From the NCBI GenBank assembly GCA_019323515.1, contig JAHWHG010000015.1:11375-75374 (forward strand): a stretch of 64,000 nt of DNA, in the 5' to 3' direction. A model generated the notes under the pieces. That model made no database searches and had not been told where the DNA came from. It was given only the letters and a program-made list of their open reading frames with translations. Every line of letters starts with the position of its first letter. Position 1 is the first letter of the stretch. Both the position numbers and the translations under genes were made by a program. Origin of the DNA: Candidatus Woesearchaeota archaeon. GTDB lineage: Archaea > Nanobdellota > Nanobdellia > Woesearchaeales > JAHWHD01. Shown here piece by piece: positions 28,010-36,325 of this stretch.

Positions 28010-29425
28010 ATGGATCCAGACTTTAGAAACAACAGTTCAGATGACACTCCAAAGACATTTGAACCTAAAGAGCAACCTAGACCGTTTGCTCCAAATGCTG
28101 AAGAGAGGAGATTTGAACCAAAAGAAGAGGAATCAAAAAAGGATAAAAAATCCGATTCTGCATGGATGTGGAAACTTGCAACTGCAGTCTTGGCTATATT
28201 ATTGATAGCATCAATATTTACCAATGGCTTTAGTTTTTCTCCAACAGGAGGAGCAGTTGATGTTATAGCAGATGACGATACAGATAACTCAGGCAGCGCA
28301 GTTGCTGGAGATGTTGTAAAGATTGAAGTATACTCAGAATTCCAGTGCCCGTTCTGTGGAAGGTTCACACCTACACTTGAACAGATCAAAGATGAGTACG
28401 GTGACAAAGTATCAATTGAGTTCAAACACTTTCCATTGAGCTTCCACCAGTACGCGCAAAAAGCTTCAGAAGCTGCTGAATGTGCACGTGACCAGGACAA
28501 GTTCTGGGAAATGCATGACAAGATGTTCGACAACCAGGACGCCTTGGATGTCGCTTCACTTGAAAAGTACGCTGAAGAGCTTGGATTAGATGTTGATGCT
28601 TTCAAGGGATGCCTTGAGTCAGGTGAAAAGGCTGCTACTGTTAAGGCAGACTTTGACGAAGGCCAGAAAAAAGGAGTTTCTGGAACACCAACAATCTTTG
28701 TCAACGACCTTAAACTTGTCGGTGCAAGACCATTTGACTATTTCCAGGGCGCTATAGACGCAGAGCTTGCAGGTGAGGACTGGGTTGACCCAGCTGCTCA
28801 ACCAGCTGAACCTGAACCTACAGGACCAGCAGATATCAAGCTATCTGGCAAGGACGCTTCAAAAGGCCCAGACAACGCACCAGTGCTGATTGTTGAATTC
28901 TCAGACTTCCAGTGTCCATTCTGCAGCAGAGGAAGAACCACAATGGATCAAGTTGTTGAAGAATACGGCGACAAGGTTCAGCTAGTGTTCAAGCACTTCC
29001 CACTGAGCTTCCATGAGAATGCACAGAAGGCTGCAGAAGCTGCTGAGTGCGCTCTTGACCAGGACAAGTTCTGGGAAATGCACGACATCATGTTTGATAA
29101 CCAGGGCGCTCTTACAGTTGACGACCTGAAAGGTTATGCTGAAGAGTTAGAGCTTGACATTGACGCATTCAATGATTGCCTTGACTCCGGCGAAAAAGAA
29201 GCTAAGGTAAGCGCTGACATGGCTGAAGGCCAGAAGTATGGAGTAAGCGGCACACCTGCTTTCTTTATCAACGGCAACCTTGTTTCAGGAGCACAGCCTT
29301 TCGAGAACTTCAAGGCAGCAATTGATGCAGAGCTTGAATCAGCAGGCGACACTCAAGACTCAGAAGTAGCTGACATAGAAGAAACTGAAGATGAAGAAAC
29401 CGACACAGAAGAGGAATCTGCATAA
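28010..29425 (+). CDS. membrane-anchored tandem DsbA-family thiol:disulfide oxidoreductase
   Basis: Two copies of FQCPFC...FKHFPLSFH...AAECA.DQDKFWEMHD.MFDNQ...GVSGTP.F. The N-terminal anchor is near-identical to that of 26666..27955. Confidence 0.85.
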   Translation: MDPDFRNNSSDDTPKTFEPKEQPRPFAPNAEERRFEPKEEESKKDKKSDSAWMWKLATAVLAILLIASIFTNGFSFSPTGGAVDVIADDDTDNSGSAVAGDVVKIEVYSEFQCPFCGRFTPTLEQIKDEYGDKVSIEFKHFPLSFHQYAQKASEAAECARDQDKFWEMHDKMFDNQDALDVASLEKYAEELGLDVDAFKGCLESGEKAATVKADFDEGQKKGVSGTPTIFVNDLKLVGARPFDYFQGAIDAELAGEDWVDPAAQPAEPEPTGPADIKLSGKDASKGPDNAPVLIVEFSDFQCPFCSRGRTTMDQVVEEYGDKVQLVFKHFPLSFHENAQKAAEAAECALDQDKFWEMHDIMFDNQGALTVDDLKGYAEELELDIDAFNDCLDSGEKEAKVSADMAEGQKYGVSGTPAFFINGNLVSGAQPFENFKAAIDAELESAGDTQDSEVADIEETEDEETDTEEESA

Positions 29426-30638
29426 GTTTTTTCTTTTTTTTCTGATTTTTTTTGTTTTTATATCATTCTCATATGCTGAAGAGGTTTGCTCAGTAAACGA
29501 ACCTGATTGCGTTTCAAGCACTGACCCTTCACTTTACAACGCACTTAGTAACAACTCAAATACAGCAATTCATGATGAAAACTCAATCTGCATAGTATAC
29601 TTCTATGGTGACGGCTGCCCAAACTGCGCAAAGATAAAACCATACCTTGAAGAGATCCAGGACAAATACAAAGAAAAGATTCATTTCCAGGAATACGAAA
29701 TCTATAACAACCTAAAGAATTACCAACTTTACAACCAATACTGCGGTATACAAAGAATCCCTCTAGAGAAAAGAGGAGTACCACTTCTTGCAATTAATGA
29801 TAAATTCTTCATGGGAAGCACCCAGATAAGGGATAACCTTGAACAAGAGATTGAATCAATGCTGGAATCAGGGACGCGCTTATGTCCATTGCCTAACGAG
29901 ATGGGCTGCCACAACATCGACACATCTGAGAACTCAGACCCAAGCATTGAACATCTTGAGAACACAAAGATAACCCTTCCTTTAATACTTGGTGCTGGAC
30001 TTGTTGACGGTGTAAACCCTTGTGCATTCGCTGTCCTGATCTTCCTTCTTACTTTCCTGCTCGAAGTATCCAGCAACAAAAGAAGGATGATTAAAGCTGG
30101 CGCAGCCTACACATTCTCTGTATACCTGTCATACTTACTTGCAGGCCTAGGCCTGTTTTCAGTGATCCAACTCTCAGGCATGTCAAGAGTAGTTGTGACT
30201 GCAGCTGCTGTATTAGCAATAGCTGCAGGCCTTGTCAATGTAAAGGACTATTTCTGGTACGGCAAAGGCTTCTCCCTAAAAATTCCTGAATCAAAAAGAG
30301 AGACCATCAAGAAGTGGACATACAAAGCAAATGTACCTGCTGCACTTGTACTTGGCTTCCTTGTTTCAATGTTCGAGCTTCCATGCACAGGCGGCGTATA
30401 TCTGGCTATAATAGCACTTCTTGCCGACTCAGTCACACGACTCACAGCAATATACTACTTGCTCATATACAACCTGATGTTCATCCTTCCTTTAATTGTC
30501 ATTATAGCTGCACTAACATGGGGCATGAAAGCTGAGCATATAGCTAACTGGCGCGAGTCAAAGAAAAATTGGATGAAACTGGCAATGGGCTTGCTTTTGA
30601 TAGTTCTTGGAGCTGGAATGCTACTAGGTTGGTTCTAA
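29391..30638 (+). CDS. exported thioredoxin-like domain fused to a CcdA/DsbD-type transporter (paralog of 6802..7953)
   Basis: Signal peptide KFFLFFLIFFVFISFSYA, GDGCPNCAKIKPYLEEI, VNPCAFAVLIFLL, ELPCTGGVYLAI. The start overlaps the preceding gene by 35 nt. Confidence 0.8.
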   Translation: MKKPTQKRNLHKFFLFFLIFFVFISFSYAEEVCSVNEPDCVSSTDPSLYNALSNNSNTAIHDENSICIVYFYGDGCPNCAKIKPYLEEIQDKYKEKIHFQEYEIYNNLKNYQLYNQYCGIQRIPLEKRGVPLLAINDKFFMGSTQIRDNLEQEIESMLESGTRLCPLPNEMGCHNIDTSENSDPSIEHLENTKITLPLILGAGLVDGVNPCAFAVLIFLLTFLLEVSSNKRRMIKAGAAYTFSVYLSYLLAGLGLFSVIQLSGMSRVVVTAAAVLAIAAGLVNVKDYFWYGKGFSLKIPESKRETIKKWTYKANVPAALVLGFLVSMFELPCTGGVYLAIIALLADSVTRLTAIYYLLIYNLMFILPLIVIIAALTWGMKAEHIANWRESKKNWMKLAMGLLLIVLGAGMLLGWF

Positions 30639-30664
30639 GCACAAGCAATTCCAAGCATCCATAA

Positions 30665-30675
30665 GCTTTATAAAC
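30665..30675 (+). promoter_or_regulatory. TATA-box-like element (leaderless)
   Basis: GCTTTATAAAC is centred about 26 nt upstream of the ATG at 30696. Confidence 0.5.
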
Positions 30676-30695
30676 TACCTTAATTTGACTTTCTT

Positions 30696-31538
30696 ATGTC
30701 AAAAAACCTAATTTGTTCAGATGTTCATGGAGATCTAGAGGCACTTGCACGTTTTCTTGATTTTGCTCATAAAAGACAAGCTGACAGGATAATTCTGGCA
30801 GGTGACTATATCTTAGATGTCGAAGGAGAATCAACCCAAGACAGGTTTAAGAACATGGTTGAACAGCTGGCAATCACAAAAGCACTCCTTGACAAGGCAG
30901 ACATGCCTTATTATGCTATCCCAGGAAACTATGAATGCTCACTTGAAAAGATCTTTAGAGAGCACGACCTTCATAAAAAAACAGTAATGTTTGATGATGC
31001 AAAGGTTCTTGGCTATGGAGGAGCATCGTTCCAGGGTTCACCATTCTGTATACCACAAGACCTGGGAGATCTTGCAGAGTTCATGGTTCCATTTTATGGA
31101 GAAGAATTCTACAACCTTGCTGACAAGCACAGACCAAGCATAATCATAACACATCACCCCGCATACGGACTATGCGATGAATTATCAAAAGCAGGTAATG
31201 TAGGTTCAAAGTACATAACTGCATACATTGACAAGACACTTAATCAGCCAATTCTGACAGGTATACCAAAACTAATCATATCCGGCCATATCCACGGCTG
31301 CGGTCCTACTGGAAAAGAATGTAAAGGTATCATGAAATGCAAAAACGAAAGAACATCAAGAATATTCCATGCAATCAACCCTGGAAATCTTGGAGTATGG
31401 CACGAAGGACCTTCTGGAACATTTGTTGAAGCAGACCTTGAAAAGGACGGAACTTTAAGGAAACTTACACAATACTCATTAAGAGGCTCTGACACACCAG
31501 GAAAGGTTAGGGTTGTTGACACTTACACTTTTGAGTAG
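30696..31538 (+). CDS. metallophosphoesterase (calcineurin-like)
   Basis: CSDVHGD, LAGDY, IPGNYE, ITHHP, SGHIHG motif series. Confidence 0.8.
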   Translation: MSKNLICSDVHGDLEALARFLDFAHKRQADRIILAGDYILDVEGESTQDRFKNMVEQLAITKALLDKADMPYYAIPGNYECSLEKIFREHDLHKKTVMFDDAKVLGYGGASFQGSPFCIPQDLGDLAEFMVPFYGEEFYNLADKHRPSIIITHHPAYGLCDELSKAGNVGSKYITAYIDKTLNQPILTGIPKLIISGHIHGCGPTGKECKGIMKCKNERTSRIFHAINPGNLGVWHEGPSGTFVEADLEKDGTLRKLTQYSLRGSDTPGKVRVVDTYTFE

Positions 31539-31616
31539 ATCTTAATTTACTTCTTATCTTGATGTAATTTTTAAATTTTAGAAACATTAAAATACAATAA
31601 ATCACTATCAGATTCT

Positions 31617-32381
31617 ATGGTATTCTACCACAATATCAATCCAGTAGCTTTCACAATGTTTGGCCTAGAGATAAGATGGTATTCTATCTTATTCATGTTA
31701 GGATTTATTATTACATTTCTCATGCTAAAGTACTTTGCAAAAAACAAATACATAAGGTTGTCTGACAAGGACATTGATGACTATATATTCTGGCTGATAA
31801 TCTCAATAATAATAGGAGCAAGATTGTTCTATATACTTTTCTACAACCTTTCTTATTACCTAAGCTCACCTCTTGACATATTCGCAGTCTGGCAAGGCGG
31901 CCTCTCATTCCATGGAGGTCTTGTGGCAACGATCATTATGACTTACTATTTCTGTAAAAAGAAACATATCAGTTTCTATAAGTTCACTGACCTTTTTGTT
32001 ATCCCGGTATCATTAAGCCTTGCCTTAGGAAGGATAGGCAACTTCCTTAACGGAGAACTTATTGGAAGGACAGCTGACATCTCATGGGGGATAAAGTACC
32101 AGGATGTTTCAGGAGTGCGCTACCCTTCTCAGATTCTTGAAAGCCTGAAAAACCTGTTCATCTTCACAATCCTCTGGTTCCTTAAAGACAAGAACATGAA
32201 AGAGGGCATAATGTCCTGGTTATTCATCGTCCTCTACGGAACTCTGAGATTTTTCATAGAATTTGTAAGACAGCCAGACCCTCAGCTTGGCTTTATTGTC
32301 GCAGGCCTTACAATGGGGCAACTGCTTAATATCGCAATGGTTGTGATAGGCGGAATATTTTTATATAAGATTAATAAATAA
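31617..32381 (+). CDS. lgt: prolipoprotein diacylglyceryl transferase homologue (Lgt)
   Basis: FGLEIRWYSILFMLGF, GARLFYILFY, VWQGGLSFHGGL, LGRIGNFLNGELIGR, RYPSQILES, YGTLRFFIEFVRQPD and MGQLLN follow the bacterial Lgt motif order. Confidence 0.85.
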   Translation: MVFYHNINPVAFTMFGLEIRWYSILFMLGFIITFLMLKYFAKNKYIRLSDKDIDDYIFWLIISIIIGARLFYILFYNLSYYLSSPLDIFAVWQGGLSFHGGLVATIIMTYYFCKKKHISFYKFTDLFVIPVSLSLALGRIGNFLNGELIGRTADISWGIKYQDVSGVRYPSQILESLKNLFIFTILWFLKDKNMKEGIMSWLFIVLYGTLRFFIEFVRQPDPQLGFIVAGLTMGQLLNIAMVVIGGIFLYKINK

Positions 32382-32471
32382 TTAAATTATTAACTAAATT
32401 ATTAATTAAACGATCAATTAAATTATTAGATGCTTTGTTCCAAACATTAAAAAACAAAAAAAGGTGATTAT

Positions 32472-33173
32472 ATGAAAATCGCTGTTGTCAGCAGGACAGC
32501 TAAAGAATCCAGTCTTGTAAAAAGGTTCTTGCCTAAAGGCTTTGTTATTTCTGAAAAACCTGAACTAGTGATTGCATTCGGCGGTGACGGAACACTTTTA
32601 TTTGCTGAAAGAAAGTTCCCAAATACCCCAAAACTTTTCATATACCATTCAAGCAAATGTAAAAATTGTTCAGGACACAACCTGACAAAAGTTTTCAAGC
32701 TTCTGAAGGACAAAAAGATTCAAATCTCAAGACAGATGAAACTTGAAGCAAAATTGCACGGGAGGAGATACACAGCTTTAAACGATTTCAACATCCATTA
32801 TGTGCCTCCGACTGCATTAAGGTTTTCTACAAAGATTGGAAACACAAACCATAAAGAGATAATTGGAGACGGCTTGGTAGTATCAACACCATTTGGTTCA
32901 ACTGCCTACTTCAACTCTATCACAAGAAAAAGTTTCAAACATGGGATAGGGGTAGCATTCAACAATCCGACTGAAAAGATTAAACATAAGGTCCTAAACG
33001 AAAATTCAAAAGTTGAGGTGAAGATTATTCGTGGTCCTGCAGTTCTTGCAATGGACTGCAAAAAGGAGTTAGTACCCTTAAAGAAAGGCGACATAATAGT
33101 TATCAAGAGAGCAAAAAGACCTGCCTCTCTCTTAAAGGTCAAAGGATGCGACCTTAAAATAACAAGATATTAA
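32472..33173 (+). CDS. nadK: NAD kinase
   Basis: VIAFGGDGTLL, ALNDFNIH, STPFGSTAY. Confidence 0.9.
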   Translation: MKIAVVSRTAKESSLVKRFLPKGFVISEKPELVIAFGGDGTLLFAERKFPNTPKLFIYHSSKCKNCSGHNLTKVFKLLKDKKIQISRQMKLEAKLHGRRYTALNDFNIHYVPPTALRFSTKIGNTNHKEIIGDGLVVSTPFGSTAYFNSITRKSFKHGIGVAFNNPTEKIKHKVLNENSKVEVKIIRGPAVLAMDCKKELVPLKKGDIIVIKRAKRPASLLKVKGCDLKITRY

Positions 33174-33185
33174 GAGGTGAAAAAT

Positions 33186-33278
33186 ATGGCATGCGGATGC
33201 TGCGGTGTTAAGAAAAAACCAGCAAAAAAGACAACCAAGAAGAAGACAGCAAAGAAGAAAGTGAAGAAAAAGAAATAA
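33186..33278 (+). CDS. candidate 30-aa micropeptide: Cys-cluster N-terminus plus polylysine tail
   Basis: GAGGTG lies 6 nt upstream. Product MACGCCGVKKKPAKKTTKKKTAKKKVKKKK, followed by a T9 run. The track shows only the antisense ORF 33170..33370. Confidence 0.4.
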   Translation: MACGCCGVKKKPAKKTTKKKTAKKKVKKKK

Positions 33279-33286
33279 TCGATTAA

Positions 33287-33295
33287 TTTTTTTTT
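33287..33295 (+). terminator. oligo-T archaeal terminator signal
   Basis: T9 run 9 nt after the micropeptide stop, with further T-runs to about 33345. Confidence 0.4.
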
Positions 33296-33477
33296 ATTTC
33301 TTTGATTATTTTTATTTTTTTGCTGATTTAATTCATAGGTCATGATTTTAATTCTTAATTTATAATTCATTTACATCACTTATACTACAACATATATCTG
33401 ACAGTCTATAAAAACCGATACATTTAAATAGGGCTTGCTAGTTTGAAGAAATCACAGGAACTGGAGGTGTTTACAAC

Positions 33478-33564
33478 ATGGTCTTTATCTGTAACTTTTG
33501 TGGCAGAACAGCGGAAGATTGCGAGGAGTGCTGCGGCGAACTCATGGTCGCAGAGGAATTTTAG
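33478..33564 (+). CDS. candidate 28-aa Cys-rich (zinc-ribbon-like) micropeptide
   Basis: GGAGGTG lies 7 nt upstream. Product MVFICNFCGRTAEDCEECCGELMVAEEF. The stop sits inside the SD of the glutaredoxin gene. Confidence 0.35.
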   Translation: MVFICNFCGRTAEDCEECCGELMVAEEF

Positions 33565-33576
33565 GAGGTATCTAAG

Positions 33577-33813
33577 ATGAAAGTTAAGATTTACACAACA
33601 CCCACTTGCCCATACTGCAAGATGGTTAAAGAGTTCTTGAAAGAAAACAATATTGAATACGAAGATGTTGATGTCTCCACAGATCAAGACGCTGCCAAGG
33701 AGATGGTTGAAAGGTCTGGCCAGAGCGGAGTTCCAGTAATAGACATTGACGGAGAGCTGATTATCGGCTTTGACGAGGCAAAACTTAAGGAAAAACTAAA
33801 ACTAGGTGAATGA
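33577..33813 (+). CDS. glutaredoxin-like protein
   Basis: MKVKIYTTPTCPYCKMVKEFL...GVPVIDIDGELIIGFD. Confidence 0.85.
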   Translation: MKVKIYTTPTCPYCKMVKEFLKENNIEYEDVDVSTDQDAAKEMVERSGQSGVPVIDIDGELIIGFDEAKLKEKLKLGE

Positions 33814-33814
33814 T

Positions 33815-34009
33815 ATGGCAAAATATGAAGTCACTCAGGAACATGAGAAATGCATCAGCTGTGGTGCATGCGTGGCTGTATGCGCAGATAACTGGGAGAT
33901 GGGAGATGACGGCAAAGCAAAGCCAAAATCAAAACAGAGTGATGCTGACTGCAACAAGGACGCAGAAGCAGGCTGTCCAGTGAAATGCATACATGTAAAA
34001 GAGAATTAA
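33815..34009 (+). CDS. small ferredoxin (single [4Fe-4S]/[3Fe-4S] type)
   Basis: CISCGACVAVCADNWEM ... CPVKCIHV. ATG at 33815 follows GGTGA; the track start at 33806 is less likely. Confidence 0.8.
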   Translation: MAKYEVTQEHEKCISCGACVAVCADNWEMGDDGKAKPKSKQSDADCNKDAEAGCPVKCIHVKEN

Positions 34010-34079
34010 TTTTTTTCATCTTTTTTTTCAGGGGGATTATCACAAAATAAGAATCAAACAATCATAAGGGGGTGCTACT

Positions 34080-34316
34080 ATGGCAGGATTCGATCCAAGT
34101 CTTGACAAGACATTATTTGAAGAAGAGGTTGACTTTGAAAGGACAAAGATAATTGTCTCAGTAAAAGCATACAATGAAGGTACACCAAAGCTTCAGCTCA
34201 TAAGGGAGAACAAGAAAGCTGACGGCTCAACAAGTTTCGCTAAACTGGGAAGGCTCACAAAAGAAGAGATTCAGGCGATTCTTCCGGTTATACAGAAAGC
34301 TATTGAACAGCTTTAG
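34080..34316 (+). CDS. possible PC4/YdbC-like ssDNA-binding protein
   Basis: The pattern IIVSVKAYNEGTPKLQLIRENKK...FAKLGRLTKEEIQAIL resembles the YdbC/PC4 fold family. Judged from memory only. Confidence 0.45.
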   Translation: MAGFDPSLDKTLFEEEVDFERTKIIVSVKAYNEGTPKLQLIRENKKADGSTSFAKLGRLTKEEIQAILPVIQKAIEQL

Positions 34317-34364
34317 ATTATTCTTTTATTTTTTGCACAATCTTTTTATAAAACTCTTAGGTAA

Positions 34365-34724
34365 TTGATAATTATGGGATACAAGATAGCTTTACTGGGA
34401 TGGGATAAAGCATTATTTAATGTCTATGAAGAACATCTTAGTAAAGAGCACGACATAGTTTACAAAAACTCAGACAGATTTTCAGGCATAGAAGAGGTCA
34501 TTAACTCTGGACCAGATGTCACAGTACTTCTCAACAGGAGAAAATACGAAGGGTTCATAAGAGCATATTCCAAGACAGGTAGACCATTGGTGGTTGTTAC
34601 AGGTGGCGGATCCTGCAAAGAACTTGAGTCTGAAAATGTTCACTTTATATTCAGACACCACAATCTTGGAGATATCTCAGGCAAGATTTCTGAGATCCTT
34701 ACAAGAAAACAATCCAACAAATAG
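34365..34724 (+). CDS. hypothetical protein (119 aa)
   Basis: Clean ORF with no family recognised. Confidence 0.45.
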   Translation: MIIMGYKIALLGWDKALFNVYEEHLSKEHDIVYKNSDRFSGIEEVINSGPDVTVLLNRRKYEGFIRAYSKTGRPLVVVTGGGSCKELESENVHFIFRHHNLGDISGKISEILTRKQSNK

Positions 34725-34756
34725 ATTTATATAATTTCACCCTATTTCTTATCGTT

Positions 34757-35557
34757 ATGGAAGACATGAAGTACATAAAGGAAAAGATAAAGCAGCTCTG
34801 CAAATCTCTTGAGAAAGAAAAAAACATCAGGATACTCTTTGCTGTAGAGAACGGTTCACGTGCATGGAGAATGGAAAGCAAAGACTCTGACTATGATGTC
34901 CGCTTTGTCTTTGTAAGACCGGTTGAAGAATATATCCAGATCAACAGGCCGGGTGATGTGATTGAAGCTGCATTTGACAAGAACTTTAACAAGCACCCAA
35001 TTGAAGGTTCATTCATTGACTTAGTTGGCTTTGACGTGTTCAAGTTTGCAAAGATGCTCTCATCCTCTAATCCTACAACAATCGAATGGCTGACTACAGA
35101 CATTATTTATTATGGCAAGCAGAATAAAGTGTTCAAAGAATTCGCAACCAAAAACTTCAATAGTATCTCTCTTTATCATCACTATAAATCAATGTGCAGG
35201 AACAATTATCTTAAGTACCTTAAATCAGGTGACCTTGTGACTTACAAGAAATATCTCTACGCATTCCGCGGACTGATCAATGCAAAATGGGTTGCGCATA
35301 AAAAGACAATACCTCCAATCATATTCAGGGATGCACTTAAAGAGATGAAAGGAATACTTCCTGATTACATCTTAAAGAAACTCAACGAGATTATCAAGCT
35401 AAAGTCAAAGGGCAAGGAAAAGCAGATAATACAAAACATTGTAAAGATGGACGAGTATATTGAAGAATTCCTAAAGGACGACAGCGAAGCGCCTAAAGAA
35501 AAGGCGCATGCTACACTTAATGAGCTTAATGCTGAGTTAAGGAAGATTGTACTTTAG
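34757..35557 (+). CDS. nucleotidyltransferase of the Pol-beta superfamily (RlaP-like)
   Basis: ILFAVENGSRAWRMESKDSDYDVRFVFV matches the GS...SDxD motif of this predicted NTase family. Confidence 0.65.
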   Translation: MEDMKYIKEKIKQLCKSLEKEKNIRILFAVENGSRAWRMESKDSDYDVRFVFVRPVEEYIQINRPGDVIEAAFDKNFNKHPIEGSFIDLVGFDVFKFAKMLSSSNPTTIEWLTTDIIYYGKQNKVFKEFATKNFNSISLYHHYKSMCRNNYLKYLKSGDLVTYKKYLYAFRGLINAKWVAHKKTIPPIIFRDALKEMKGILPDYILKKLNEIIKLKSKGKEKQIIQNIVKMDEYIEEFLKDDSEAPKEKAHATLNELNAELRKIVL

Positions 35558-36201
35558 TGGTGTCGCTTATACTCTTCAATCTCTTTTAACAGTTCTTCTT
35601 CTGATTTATCAGTACCATCAGCAAAGTTATGCAATCTTCCTGTTGCTAAGTGTATAGTCCAAGCTGCAAGCATGTTTGTATAGAAAGTGTTAATACAATG
35701 CTTATCGTCAGCAGCATCATAACCCACATAATCATTTCCCTGACAGAAAGCTTCATGCCTAGCGACAATCCTCAAATCATTGTCAAGATCCTGAAAAGAC
35801 CTCCTGTTGAAATCATGCAAGGCAAACTTACCATAAACGTCTAATGTAAGCACATTAGTATAACTATCATCACCTGCCCTTATAACATTAATTAGCTGCT
35901 CCTTACTCACATCAGGAATCCTGCCGGTTCTGTGCAATGTTGCATCAATCGACAGATGGTCCATAAAATTACGCATATCCATAGAGGTAGCATTCACCTT
36001 AAACACCTTATTCTCAAGTTCTAACTCTAAGTCGCTTCTCTTCCAGGAAAGGTAACGATGTTTTGCACCAGGTGTATCAATGTCAAAAACATAATCATTA
36101 GGTTCGATGCTTGCTTCTTTGTCTAGCTCTCTCCAAGTATCATCAACTTGTAGTCTGTACTGGGGTTGAAAGAATTTCTTTGCTTCAATTGTGTATTTCA
36201 T
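35554..36201 (-). CDS. hypothetical protein (215 aa)
   Basis: Clean ORF with no family recognised. Confidence 0.5.
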   Translation of the reverse strand: MKYTIEAKKFFQPQYRLQVDDTWRELDKEASIEPNDYVFDIDTPGAKHRYLSWKRSDLELELENKVFKVNATSMDMRNFMDHLSIDATLHRTGRIPDVSKEQLINVIRAGDDSYTNVLTLDVYGKFALHDFNRRSFQDLDNDLRIVARHEAFCQGNDYVGYDAADDKHCINTFYTNMLAAWTIHLATGRLHNFADGTDKSEEELLKEIEEYKRHH

Positions 36202-36325
36202 ATTATTAACCTAGCACCCAAACCAACAATATAAACATTTCTAAAGCAAAATATATAAATACAATATAATTATAACACCTTATAAATAATATTTAAACAA
36301 AATCAAACAAATAAGGGGTGTTATC

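Noticed and set aside
27979-28704. 241-aa minus-strand ORF, the longest unexplained ORF in the track
   Set aside because: It is antisense to the DsbA-type genes, whose homology, SD sites and internal duplication are unambiguous. Its product is Ser/Ala/Phe-rich low-complexity sequence with no start signal. The same reasoning applies to 26650..27108, 29134..29352, 29545..29793, 29729..30079 and 30248..30445.
29426-29462. T-rich tract after the tandem-DsbA stop, which looked like an oligo-T terminator
   Set aside because: The tract encodes the hydrophobic core of a textbook signal peptide (KFFLFFLIFFVFISFSYA|EE) for the Trx-CcdA gene. That gene has no alternative in-frame start downstream. The tract may still attenuate transcription, but I do not call it a terminator.
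33170-33370. 66-aa minus ORF (FFFFTFFFAVFF...)
   Set aside because: It is the reverse complement of the polylysine micro-ORF and of the oligo-T terminator tract, so it is a compositional artefact.
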